From: a bacterium | GTDB lineage: Bacteria; Patescibacteriota; Microgenomatia; Curtissbacterales; GWA2-41-24 | Assembly (NCBI GenBank): GCA_021813945.1 | Contig: JAKAJD010000001.1 | Span: 137,744-201,743 of the forward strand | Length of the DNA: 64,000 bases | Reading direction: 5' to 3' | Part shown: positions 29,472 through 38,274 of the stretch, piece by piece | How the letters are laid out: each line of letters opens with the position of its first letter | Numbering within the stretch: position 1 is the first letter of the stretch | Notes under the pieces: generated by a model | Database searches by the model: none | Told to the model about the DNA's origin: nothing | What the model saw: the letters and a program-made list of their open reading frames with translations, nothing else | Program-made: the position numbers and the translations under genes

Positions 29472-30565
29472 AAAAAATCGTTGTAACGGGTGGCCACTTA
29501 ACTCCAGCTTTGGCTCTTATTGAAAATCTTCAAAAGCAAAAAGATGTTGAAATTATTTTTTTCGGCAGAAAATATGCATCGGAAGGGGCGAAAGTAGAAT
29601 CCGCAGAATATAAAATCATCAAGCAAAAAGATATTAAATTTGTGCAAATTACAACCGGTCGTCTCCAGCGAAAGTTTACACGCTACACTCCCAAATCTTT
29701 AGCCAAAGTTCCGGGCGGCTTCGCCCAAGCAATTTATCATCTTAAGCGGGAAAAACCGGCAGTTGTTGTTTCCTTCGGCGGCTACATTGGCTTACCGGTA
29801 ATATTCACAGCAAAACTTCTGGGTATAAAAACCATAATTCACGAGCAGAGTGCAGTACCCGGGCTTGCCAATAGGCTGAGTGCCAAGATTTGCGACAAAA
29901 TTTTCGTTTCTTTTCCAAAAACGGCAAAGTACTTTCCGGCCCAAAAAACTGAAGTTATCGGCAATTTAACAAGATCCGACGTCTATAAAAAGCAAGCGAC
30001 TTCCAAAAAAATCAGCGATTTTCTGAAAAAATCAGAAAGCTTAATTTTTGTAACCGGCGGAAACCAGGGTTCCCATTTTATAAACGAGCTTATCTTCCAG
30101 AGCATTGAAAATCTGAAAAATTATCAAATCCTGCATCAGGTTGGAACTCTAAATTTCAAAGGTGATCTCGACAGGGCTTTGGAAAAATCAAATAGCAATT
30201 ACTTGCCTGTCGACTATCTCACATCTTCAGATTTTGGCGCGAGCCTAAACTCAGCAAGAATTGTCATCTCGCGATCCGGTGCTAACACCGTCTGGGAACT
30301 GGCAACCTTATCCAAAGTTGCAATCTTAATCCCTCTTCCGATCTCAGCTGCCGGTGAGCAATATGAAAACGCCCAAATCCTAAAAGAAGCCGGATCGGCA
30401 ATCGTCCTAAATCAAAAAGAAACAACTCCTCAAACTTTAATATCAACCATCGGCGAAATCGAAGCAAATTACCCCAAATTCCAAACATCTGCCAAAGCTC
30501 TTTCCACCAAAATGCCCAAAGATGCCGCGCAAAAACTTGCCGAGGCAGTTATCAGTTATACTTAA
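29468..30565 (+). CDS. murG: lipid II GlcNAc transferase
   Basis: TGGHLTPA, FGGY, HEQ..PGLAN, GGNQG, SRSGA, EQYENA. Confidence 0.95.
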   Translation: MKKIVVTGGHLTPALALIENLQKQKDVEIIFFGRKYASEGAKVESAEYKIIKQKDIKFVQITTGRLQRKFTRYTPKSLAKVPGGFAQAIYHLKREKPAVVVSFGGYIGLPVIFTAKLLGIKTIIHEQSAVPGLANRLSAKICDKIFVSFPKTAKYFPAQKTEVIGNLTRSDVYKKQATSKKISDFLKKSESLIFVTGGNQGSHFINELIFQSIENLKNYQILHQVGTLNFKGDLDRALEKSNSNYLPVDYLTSSDFGASLNSARIVISRSGANTVWELATLSKVAILIPLPISAAGEQYENAQILKEAGSAIVLNQKETTPQTLISTIGEIEANYPKFQTSAKALSTKMPKDAAQKLAEAVISYT

Positions 30566-30568
30566 ATT

Positions 30569-31237
30569 ATGATAAAAAGCCTGCTTATCATTGTGGCTGT
30601 TGCCGCAGTCTTTCTTGTCTTGGCCAAATTTGCCTTCGAAGTTAAAACGATTGATCTCAAAGATCAGGATTCATGTCTAAAGCAAATTGATCTAAAAAAA
30701 GAATATATTGGCAAAAACTTGCTTCTTATAAATCCCAAAAAAGAACAAAATTCCTTAAAAGACAAAAATAGCTGTGTAGACGGCGTAGCAGTTGAGCGCA
30801 AATTTCCGATTACTTTGCAAATTACAGTCAAATCCAAAGTCCCCGTTGCCAAAATAGACGGCACGGAGCTCCTGGCAACATCAGACGGATTGTTGATAAA
30901 AAAGCAAATTACGGCAAATATTCCAACTATTTATCTTCCAAATTCGAAAAGTCTAAAAGAAAATGAAACCTTGCAAGATAAAACTGCAATTTTTGCGCTT
31001 CAAATTTCTTCTGGTCTTTTAAAATCCGATTTCACGCCTGCCTCCATTAGACTTATTGGATCAAACGATATAGCAGTTTACAGTACAAGTGGTATTATCG
31101 CCCTTTTTACGACTAATCAATCTGCGTCTGACCAGGTTGACTCTTTACAGTCTATAATGACTAAAGCTAAAATAGATGCGTCAAAAATTGAAAAAATCGA
31201 TTTGAGATTCAACAAGCCGACAGTAGTTTTCAAATGA
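30569..31237 (+). CDS. ftsQ: FtsQ/DivIB family protein
   Basis: TM helix, POTRA-like VERKFP..L.I.V, C-terminal IDLRF. Confidence 0.8.
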   Translation: MIKSLLIIVAVAAVFLVLAKFAFEVKTIDLKDQDSCLKQIDLKKEYIGKNLLLINPKKEQNSLKDKNSCVDGVAVERKFPITLQITVKSKVPVAKIDGTELLATSDGLLIKKQITANIPTIYLPNSKSLKENETLQDKTAIFALQISSGLLKSDFTPASIRLIGSNDIAVYSTSGIIALFTTNQSASDQVDSLQSIMTKAKIDASKIEKIDLRFNKPTVVFK

Positions 31238-31259
31238 CTCCATCTAAAAAAATCTCGTA

Positions 31260-32537
31260 ATGCCAAAAGAAAAAGTTGTCGTTGGAATAGATATAGGTTC
31301 AACAAAAGTAACTACCATAATTGCAACTTTTCTTGACGATTCTACACCCAACATTATCGGAGTTTCATCAACGCAGGCCAAAGGCCTTCGAAAGGGGCAG
31401 GTGGTAGATATTGACGAAGCTGTAGCATCAATAACCAACTCACTGGAGGCCGCAGAGCGCATGGCAGGCTACTCGGTTGGCACTGCTTTTGTTTCCGTAG
31501 ACGGTGTCAATATCGAGTCGCAAAACAGTAAAGGCGTAGTGGCGGTCGCCAATCCCCAAGGAGAAATAACAGAAGAAGATGTCGCAAGGGTAGTTGAAGC
31601 TGCCCGTGCAATTTCTCTGCCATCATCCCGAGAAATTCTCCACGTTATCCCAAGGTATTTTACGGTCGACTCTCAATCCGGCATCAAGGATCCTGTCGGC
31701 ATGAACGGTGTGCGCCTGGAAGTTGAAACCCACATCGTAACCGGTGCCGCAACAGCCCTAAGAAACATTGCCAAATGCGTAAGCCAGGTAGGGGTGGATA
31801 TAGACGGCATGGTTTTTTCGGGCCTTGCCTCCGCCTACTCAACTTTAACCGATACCGAACGCGAACTTGGTGTAATCCTTGTTGATTTCGGCGGCGGCAC
31901 AACCGATATCTCGATTTTCATAGACGGCGCCCCGGCTCACTGTGCAGTACTTCCAGTCGGAGCCCGAAACGTCACCAACGATTTGGCAATCGGCATGCGC
32001 ATTTCCCTGGATAGCGCCGAAAAAATTAAACTTGCACTTTCCAAGCCTCCCAAAATTGCAGTAGAACCGGACGAAGACGGTGAACCCAGGGACAAAAAGG
32101 AATCCGACACCTTAGACCTAGTCGGCATGGCAATCGAAGAAGACCTTCGCTCCGTTTCCAAAAAAACCTTATCGGACGGCATCATCAAACCGCGCCTTCG
32201 CGAAATCTTAAATATGGTCAAGCTCGAAATCCAAAAGACAAACCTTGCCGGCCTTACCCCATCCGGGGTAGTCATAACCGGTGGGGGAGCAGCAACATCT
32301 AATCTGGTGGAAATTGCCCGCCACGAACTGCAAATGCCCGTCCGACTCGGCATGCCCCAAGGCGCAAAAGGCTTAATTGACGAAATTGCCTCCCCCGCCT
32401 TTGCGGCAAGCTTGGGCCTCATTCTTTACGGATCCCAGTACCAGCAGGAAGACATCCGCCTGCCTCTAGTCGGAAGAATTGAAGTGAAAAATATCTTCTC
32501 CAAAGGTTTGGGGCTTATTAAGTCAATCCTTCCCTAG
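31260..32537 (+). CDS. ftsA: cell division protein FtsA
   Basis: GIDIGSTKV, GLRKG.VVDI, AERMAG, VDFGGGTT, ITGGGA. Confidence 0.97.
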   Translation: MPKEKVVVGIDIGSTKVTTIIATFLDDSTPNIIGVSSTQAKGLRKGQVVDIDEAVASITNSLEAAERMAGYSVGTAFVSVDGVNIESQNSKGVVAVANPQGEITEEDVARVVEAARAISLPSSREILHVIPRYFTVDSQSGIKDPVGMNGVRLEVETHIVTGAATALRNIAKCVSQVGVDIDGMVFSGLASAYSTLTDTERELGVILVDFGGGTTDISIFIDGAPAHCAVLPVGARNVTNDLAIGMRISLDSAEKIKLALSKPPKIAVEPDEDGEPRDKKESDTLDLVGMAIEEDLRSVSKKTLSDGIIKPRLREILNMVKLEIQKTNLAGLTPSGVVITGGGAATSNLVEIARHELQMPVRLGMPQGAKGLIDEIASPAFAASLGLILYGSQYQQEDIRLPLVGRIEVKNIFSKGLGLIKSILP

Positions 32538-32542
32538 TGCGC

Positions 32543-32611
32543 TTGAAAATAAAGCCCTTCTGTGGTAAATTGTGACAGCTTTTAGTCACAGCTTTTAGCC
32601 GATAGCTTTTA
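32543..32611 (+). promoter_or_regulatory. internal ftsZ promoter with a repeat-containing leader
   Basis: TTGAAA-N17-TAAATT with extended TG; AGCTTTTA at 32577, 32590 and 32604; TGTGAC-N8-GTCACA at 32571-32590. Confidence 0.55.
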
Positions 32612-33720
32612 TGCTTATAAAACCAGACGTTAACAGGTTCGCCAAAATTAAAGTTTTAGGAATTGGCGGCGGCGGAACCAACGCCCTAAACTCCATGATC
32701 ACCCAGGCACAAATTCAGGGGGTCGATTTCGTGGCGGTCAACACCGACCAGCAGCACCTTTTGGCATCTCACGCCCAAACAAAAGTGCAAATTGGCGATG
32801 GCCTCACCAAAGGGCTTGGAGCAGGAGCCGACCCGGATGTTGGCAAAAAAGCGGCAGAAGAGTCCCTCGAACACATAAAACAGGTAATCGGCGGAGCCGA
32901 CATGGTCTTTATTACCTACGGCGCCGGCGGGGGAACGGGAACAGGTGCCGGTCCGGTTATTGCCGAGCTTGCCAAAAAACTCGGTGTCCTAACGGTTGCC
33001 GTAATCACCAAACCCTTTGGTTTTGAAGGCACCAAAAGAATGGTTGTTGCCGATGAAGGCATAGAAGTGCTTCGTAATAAAGTCGACACTTTAATCGTTA
33101 TCCCTAACCAAAAGCTTTTGGAAGTAGTCGACAAAAACGTTTCACTTTTAGAAGCATTCAAACTCGCAGACTCCGTCCTTTCCCAGGGTGTCCAGGGCAT
33201 TTCCGACATCATCGTTATGCCCGGTCTTATAAATGTCGACTTTGCCGATGTTAAGGCCATTATGACCGGTGCCGGATCAACCCTTATGGGAGTTGGTATT
33301 GCAACCGGCGAAAACCGCGCTTCAACAGCCGCCCGCCAGGCAATCGCCTCACCGCTTTTGGACGCCTCAATAGAAGGCGCACGCGGACTTCTCTTTAACA
33401 TCACCGGCGGATCCGACATGACCATGAACGAGGTGGACGAAGCCGCCAAAGTCATAACCGGCATGGCCGACCCGGATGCCCAGATAATCTTCGGTGCGGC
33501 AATAGACGAAAAGCTAGTCGACCAAGTCAAAGTAACGGTTGTTGCAACCGGCTTTGACGAATCCCGCAGCCGCTACGCCCGCGTCGGCCCGATTCCTCAA
33601 GTCGAAACCCAGGACTTGTCTCAAGCTCAGCAATCCGATAGTGAAACTCCACCAGCATCAAACGGCGAAATGGACGAAGACGAATTCGACATTCCCACGT
33701 TCCTCCGCCAAATCAGATAA
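32611..33720 (+). CDS. ftsZ: cell division protein FtsZ
   Basis: GGGGTNA, GAGGGTGTG, INVDFADV, C-terminal DIPTFLR. Confidence 0.98.
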   Translation: MLIKPDVNRFAKIKVLGIGGGGTNALNSMITQAQIQGVDFVAVNTDQQHLLASHAQTKVQIGDGLTKGLGAGADPDVGKKAAEESLEHIKQVIGGADMVFITYGAGGGTGTGAGPVIAELAKKLGVLTVAVITKPFGFEGTKRMVVADEGIEVLRNKVDTLIVIPNQKLLEVVDKNVSLLEAFKLADSVLSQGVQGISDIIVMPGLINVDFADVKAIMTGAGSTLMGVGIATGENRASTAARQAIASPLLDASIEGARGLLFNITGGSDMTMNEVDEAAKVITGMADPDAQIIFGAAIDEKLVDQVKVTVVATGFDESRSRYARVGPIPQVETQDLSQAQQSDSETPPASNGEMDEDEFDIPTFLRQIR

Positions 33721-33724
33721 TTAC

Positions 33725-33961
33725 ATGTCTATATCAATAGAAGCTTTGATAAAAATGAGGGAAGCCCTGGAAGAAGACCAGCAAAGAAGGCTGGCCGAGT
33801 TCTGTGCACGTGGACCGCAAGGTAATGTTATGCAAGAAACGCAGGTATTCTTCTTAAGTTATATGAACCCTACAGGTACAAAAATCGATTTACTCAACAA
33901 CCTTATCGAAACTGCATCCAATCCTCCAGCCGAAGTGCCCGCAGCAACCCCCGAAGCTTAA
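33725..33961 (+). CDS. 78-aa hypothetical protein
   Basis: ATG 4 nt after the ftsZ stop (MSISIEAL...); the longer track ORF from 33539 overlaps ftsZ and is unlikely. Confidence 0.5.
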   Translation: MSISIEALIKMREALEEDQQRRLAEFCARGPQGNVMQETQVFFLSYMNPTGTKIDLLNNLIETASNPPAEVPAATPEA

Positions 33962-34030
33962 AAAAAGTAAAACCGAAGCCGAGTCCTGACCCTTACGTTC
34001 CAAAAAGCAGATAAGATAAGGAAAATAATA

Positions 34031-34077
34031 TTGACAAATTAAATTTTGGGCGGTATTATGCTTGAAATCACTTCAAG
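34031..34077 (+). promoter_or_regulatory. sigma70 promoter with an operator-like inverted repeat
   Basis: TTGACA(34031)-N17-TATTAT(34054), then CTTGAA-atcac-TTCAAG (34061-34077). Confidence 0.7.
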
Positions 34078-34079
34078 AA

Positions 34080-34658
34080 ATGGATAATCCTACCAAAGCA
34101 GTCATAAATCTTAGAGAAGGAGTAATAGAACTTCAAGGAAGCGAAGCCTTTGTAACAAAATATTTAGATGAATTTAAAGCAAAAATTATCAAAGAAGAAA
34201 ATCATACTTTAATATCAAGACACAATCAAGACGCTTCAAGCAAGCAGCCCGTGCACAAGAAGACAATCCAGAAGAAGCAGACAAGGGCACAAATCAAAGC
34301 GAAAACAAAAAACATCCAACCAGAAGATTTTGATATAGACGCCTCCAGTGATAAGAAAATACCCTCACTGAAAGCCTTTATTGATGAGAAAAAACCGGAC
34401 GAAGCTGCCGCTTCTAGAATTGCAACGATTGGCTTTTATATTACTAAATTAAAAAAACTACAAAATTTTTCTGAGGGTAACATCGAATTTGCTTATTTAA
34501 CACTCGACTGGAAAAGACCACTCCACATAAGACAATCTTGTATTGACGCCAAGAATAAGAAGCGTTTTCTCGAAGAAGATAATGATGATCCTGGGAAATG
34601 GAAGCTCTCAAGACTGGGAGAAATATTCGTAAATGAAAAGCTACCGCAGCAAGGGTAA
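34080..34658 (+). CDS. hypothetical protein with a C-terminal wHTH-like domain; partner of the HEPN gene
   Basis: Small N-terminal domain, charged linker, C-terminal domain ending GKWKLSRLGEIFV (wing-like); overlaps the next gene by 26 nt. Confidence 0.7.
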   Translation: MDNPTKAVINLREGVIELQGSEAFVTKYLDEFKAKIIKEENHTLISRHNQDASSKQPVHKKTIQKKQTRAQIKAKTKNIQPEDFDIDASSDKKIPSLKAFIDEKKPDEAAASRIATIGFYITKLKKLQNFSEGNIEFAYLTLDWKRPLHIRQSCIDAKNKKRFLEEDNDDPGKWKLSRLGEIFVNEKLPQQG

Positions 34659-35415
34659 TGAAATAAGCGTAGACCTGAATTTTCTTCTAGAGAAAAAACC
34701 CGATTTTTACGAGTTAACCCAAAAGGAACAAATTAAGTATATTTGTTTTATTTACTATAAAAATACAAAAAATTCACCATTTAAGCAAAAAGACATTAAA
34801 GGGCTATTCCAAGAATTTAATTTGGTATCACCGTCACACTTTTCTGAGCATTTTGAAAGTTTTACAAAAGGAAAAGTTCCGTTACTTGTAAAAAAAACAA
34901 ATGGATATGTTGTACACCCCTCATTGGACAAAGATCTTACACTTGAATTTTTCTCTGCCGAAAAAGCTGAAAATTTTAAAAAAGAAAAGAATACGAGTTT
35001 ATTTAGTAAATACGATTTTCATCCAGCGATAAAAAAAGTTTCATTCAGGCAATTTCAGGATGGCTATTACAAGGAAGCAATTTTAAATGCTTTAGTAGAA
35101 GTCGTTGATCAAGTTAAAATTAAATCTGGGCACCCAAAAAATAATTCGGGTAAGGAATTAGACGGCGACGATTTGATGAATCAAGTTTTTGGTTGTGATA
35201 ATCAACAACCGATTGTTAGTTTTAACGATCTAGCTACAAGCCTCGATAAGGCAGAGCAAAGGGGAATAATGTACCTATTTAAAGGAATTGTTGGAGTACG
35301 AGATAAAAAAGCACATCTAAATTTCATACAAAATGACCCTCTGAAAACAATTGAGTATTTATCGTTGGCAAGTCTCTTAATGAGACTATTAGATGAAAAC
35401 TTAGCTGAGTCTTAA
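34633..35415 (+). CDS. TIGR02391/Ymh family HEPN-domain protein
   Basis: FHPAI....F.DGYY.EAI..A...V...VK, DGDDLMNQVF, EQRG...LFKG, RDKKAH (Rx4H), YLSLASLL. Confidence 0.85.
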   Translation: MKSYRSKGNEISVDLNFLLEKKPDFYELTQKEQIKYICFIYYKNTKNSPFKQKDIKGLFQEFNLVSPSHFSEHFESFTKGKVPLLVKKTNGYVVHPSLDKDLTLEFFSAEKAENFKKEKNTSLFSKYDFHPAIKKVSFRQFQDGYYKEAILNALVEVVDQVKIKSGHPKNNSGKELDGDDLMNQVFGCDNQQPIVSFNDLATSLDKAEQRGIMYLFKGIVGVRDKKAHLNFIQNDPLKTIEYLSLASLLMRLLDENLAES

Positions 35416-35459
35416 AGCTTTATAAACTCCATTTCTGCGCGCTTTGATATAATTCCACT

Positions 35460-35861
35460 GTGAATAAAACAAAAATCAACTCCTTGGAATTTGCCCAAAG
35501 AATGGGTGCTTATTCACACGGTTACACCGTAGATGTTGGGGATTCAAAGATTATTTTTACGACCGGACAGGTCGCATTAGACAAAGAAGGAAATGTAGTT
35601 CACCCAAACGATGCAGCCAAACAAGCAGAGTTTATTTTTGAAAGCCTTAATAAAATCTTAAACGAAGCAGGCGCTTCTTTAGATGACGCTGTGAAAGCAA
35701 CAGTATATGTAACCGACATGAATGATTTTTCCAAAATTAGCGAAGTTCGGAATCAATATTTCAAAAATTCCGAACCGGTATCGACTTTAGTAGAAGTAAG
35801 CAAATTGGTCAAAGTTGGTTGTGTTTTAGAAATCGAAGTAATCGCCGTCGTAAAAAAGTAA
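35460..35861 (+). CDS. ridA: RidA/YjgF family protein
   Basis: GAYSHG, FTTGQV, AGASLDDAVK.TVYV.DMNDF, LEIEVIA. The usual catalytic Arg position reads PVSTLVEV. Confidence 0.85.
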   Translation: MNKTKINSLEFAQRMGAYSHGYTVDVGDSKIIFTTGQVALDKEGNVVHPNDAAKQAEFIFESLNKILNEAGASLDDAVKATVYVTDMNDFSKISEVRNQYFKNSEPVSTLVEVSKLVKVGCVLEIEVIAVVKK

Positions 35862-35872
35862 ATTCAGTCTCC

Positions 35873-35889
35873 TCAATTTCCGCGCCCGC
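35873..35889 (+). repeat. 17-bp direct repeat, left copy
   Basis: TCAATTTCCGCGCCCGC, identical to 36746-36762. Confidence 0.85.
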
Positions 35890-35890
35890 G

Positions 35891-36691
35891 CTAGACTAAG
35901 TAGCTTGCGGCCATAATCATTTCGCCGCGGGGGTCGAAACCCATGTCAAGAATTCGATCTGCAATGCGGTAATTTAATTTTACAGTGCTTAAAAGAATGC
36001 CTTTAACAGGAGTGCCCCTTAATTCTGAAACTTGGGTCCCAATTCTTTCTAATCTTTCCCTGAATATTTCATTAAAGATCTCATTAGGCAATCTGCCTTC
36101 AGAAGCATTTCTCAAAGTGCTAACTTCACCGGTAAAACCATCCATGTCACGCGCTTTCCTGAAATAATCTCGTAAATCAACCGGTTTTCTAACGTGCGCA
36201 ACATAAGCAAGGCCCTCTATATCACCTTCCATTGCTCTGTTTAACATTATTTTGCCATCCGAAACGGCTAAAGGTACCGAATCTTCAACTGTCGTTTTAC
36301 CAGCCTGCTCTGCAATTGGCTGCTCGGCGAAAGTAGAATCGACCATAATAACTGGAAAAATAAACACGTTTGAAGCATATGCAGTTGTTTCCAATTGACT
36401 TCGAACAACCTCAGCCTCTACCTGGGCAACCTGTCTTCCTTTTAGCTCGGGAACAGTTGGTAGGTCAGTATTTCTTGGGTTGGAAGCAGTGTTCCTTTGG
36501 GAGGTGACATGGGGTGCGCCTTTCAAAACAACACCGCGAATAACATCGTATTCCGGCGCAACAGGCATTTCTCGGAAAGCAAGTTGGGCATTCCAATACT
36601 TTTCGTCGGGCCCGTATACCGTTCGGCCTTTATCGTCCTTTTTTATAACGAAACCCGGAATTTGTGGCTGTCCTTCTATATCTTTAGGCAT
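35891..36691 (-). CDS. orphan hypothetical protein (possible degenerate GNAT C-terminus)
   Basis: TTGACA-N17-TAAAGT-N7-ATG(36691) fixes the start; ILLSTVKLN......DMGF weakly resembles GNAT motif B. Confidence 0.6.
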   Translation of the reverse strand: MPKDIEGQPQIPGFVIKKDDKGRTVYGPDEKYWNAQLAFREMPVAPEYDVIRGVVLKGAPHVTSQRNTASNPRNTDLPTVPELKGRQVAQVEAEVVRSQLETTAYASNVFIFPVIMVDSTFAEQPIAEQAGKTTVEDSVPLAVSDGKIMLNRAMEGDIEGLAYVAHVRKPVDLRDYFRKARDMDGFTGEVSTLRNASEGRLPNEIFNEIFRERLERIGTQVSELRGTPVKGILLSTVKLNYRIADRILDMGFDPRGEMIMAASYLV

Positions 36692-36745
36692 GGTGGAAAC
36701 TTTACTCTCGAACAGGCTCAATGTCAAATTCTAGCGTACAGTTTA

Positions 36746-36762
36746 TCAATTTCCGCGCCCGC
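36746..36762 (+). repeat. 17-bp direct repeat, right copy
   Basis: TCAATTTCCGCGCCCGC; on the minus strand it supplies the last codons and TGA stop of 36746..37444. Confidence 0.85.
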
Positions 36763-37444
36763 TAGCTAATAATTGACGCCTCGACCTGCCCGACAAAATA
36801 CCAACATCTAAAAAATCCCGATCGTGAGGGCTTAGCCCTTCAAGGGAATTGACTAAGTCCTCATAGGCTTTTATGGAATCCGAAAGATCAGCGGCAGGGA
36901 AGTGCTCAAGCCCTACCTTTAACATAACTCCGAAGGTTCGAACAGGTGAGATTAAAGCCCTAGAAGGTACTGGGTAAGTACAGTGAGCGATAAAAGGGTC
37001 TACATCCACCAGATAAACATTTTCTTCACCCTCTCCAATCCTATGGCCGTACATAAATTGGTCAAACCTAAGGTCGGCAAGAAAAGTGGTGCGGTCGCGA
37101 TTTTTGTCCCGGAAATATCCCGCCAAGCCCCGATAAAAAGCGTTAAGTTTGGCATCAGAAATATCTGTTGCGTCCATAAGCTGCTGTCCATGGATTCTAT
37201 CCACAATTGTCATTATTCCGGCTGTAGTTCTAACTAATCTGATTTCCGGCACGTTAACCCCATAACTGGCAAGCTTTTTATGTTCGGCTTGGCCGCGCGC
37301 ATAGTAGTCTGTATCAAACTCTTGGCCCAAAAACGGCATTCTTACTACAAAACGCGGCTCTGCCGCAAAACCCCTTACTTTAATGGTTCTTGGCAACGTG
37401 TCCAGAACCGGGGCTAAGAAAGGTAGCTTATCAATTTCAAGCAT
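36746..37444 (-). CDS. orphan protein with protein-kinase-like motifs
   Basis: E...L..YGVNVP, VDRIHG, ADLRFDQF, VYLVDVD; TGATATAAT-N7-ATG. Confidence 0.6.
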   Translation of the reverse strand: MLEIDKLPFLAPVLDTLPRTIKVRGFAAEPRFVVRMPFLGQEFDTDYYARGQAEHKKLASYGVNVPEIRLVRTTAGIMTIVDRIHGQQLMDATDISDAKLNAFYRGLAGYFRDKNRDRTTFLADLRFDQFMYGHRIGEGEENVYLVDVDPFIAHCTYPVPSRALISPVRTFGVMLKVGLEHFPAADLSDSIKAYEDLVNSLEGLSPHDRDFLDVGILSGRSRRQLLASGRGN

Positions 37445-37474
37445 GTTGCGGATTATATCAAAATTTGAATATTA

Positions 37475-38221
37475 CTAGTTTTCCTCGCGGGCCGCTTTTA
37501 TTTTCTTAATCTCTTGGTTTAAATATGCTACTCTAGTAGGGTGTAAAACTACCGTTTCTCCAAAGCCAAGAGATTTGCCGTCTCTAGAAAAAAATTCACA
37601 TTTTCCAAAAGACCAAGTCCCAGAAACTGCACCTTCCGGGGGAATCACACAACTGACAAGATCCACAAAAAATGGTTCTCTGCCCTGGTCGATTAAAGCT
37701 TCAAGATCCAAATCCTTACCGCCTTTAGCATCGCTCTGCTCAGCTCCAAACATAATTTGCGCAAATCTCTCCCTGGGTTTCAGCCGCTTTTTATTAGCAA
37801 GAAGTTCTGGCACTTGCCCAATTTTTAGGCTGTAATCATGTGCAGTGCCTTGGCTTGGCATTAACGCGGAACGTACATTAAATAAAAGCCCCTTCCTCTT
37901 TTTTGTATCCAGGGCCTGTAGAAATTCAACCCACGCTTCAGGTGTAAGTGGCAAAGAATCTATAGCTTCGACGCTTCTGCCTACCTCTGCTTTAATTTCT
38001 GCGGTATTTGGATTTTTATGCCTAATAGCATAATGATAAGCATATCGTACAGCTGTCTTTTCGGCTTTAATTGCGCGTTCGTCCCAAAGTATCAAAGAGG
38101 CCAGGGGAGTTTCGGGATCCAAAGTTGAAATAACTGCTCCTGCGGCACGTGCAAGTTCGTTTGTGATGATATGTTCGGAAGCTTCCTCTGGTACAGGTTT
38201 ACCAGAATCCCTGTCTGTCAT
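37475..38221 (-). CDS. orphan hypothetical protein
   Basis: TGGTACAAT-N7-ATG(38221) supports the start MTDRDS. Confidence 0.6.
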   Translation of the reverse strand: MTDRDSGKPVPEEASEHIITNELARAAGAVISTLDPETPLASLILWDERAIKAEKTAVRYAYHYAIRHKNPNTAEIKAEVGRSVEAIDSLPLTPEAWVEFLQALDTKKRKGLLFNVRSALMPSQGTAHDYSLKIGQVPELLANKKRLKPRERFAQIMFGAEQSDAKGGKDLDLEALIDQGREPFFVDLVSCVIPPEGAVSGTWSFGKCEFFSRDGKSLGFGETVVLHPTRVAYLNQEIKKIKAAREEN

Positions 38222-38274
38222 GCGCTGGATTGTACCACTCGATCCGAGCAATAGTCAAACTATGGGACAAAGAA

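Noticed and set aside
31937-33530. Long antisense ORFs opposite ftsA (161 aa) and ftsZ (204 aa)
   Set aside because: Shadow frames of conserved, codon-biased genes; no motifs or initiation signals.
35873-35889. 17-bp repeat as a tRNA fragment or integron attC
   Set aside because: The reverse complement only loosely resembles a tRNA 5' end; no cloverleaf and no attC core boxes.
37475-37800. Hot-dog-fold impression in the C-terminus of 37475..38221
   Set aside because: Only a vague beta-strand pattern; no catalytic motif recognised.
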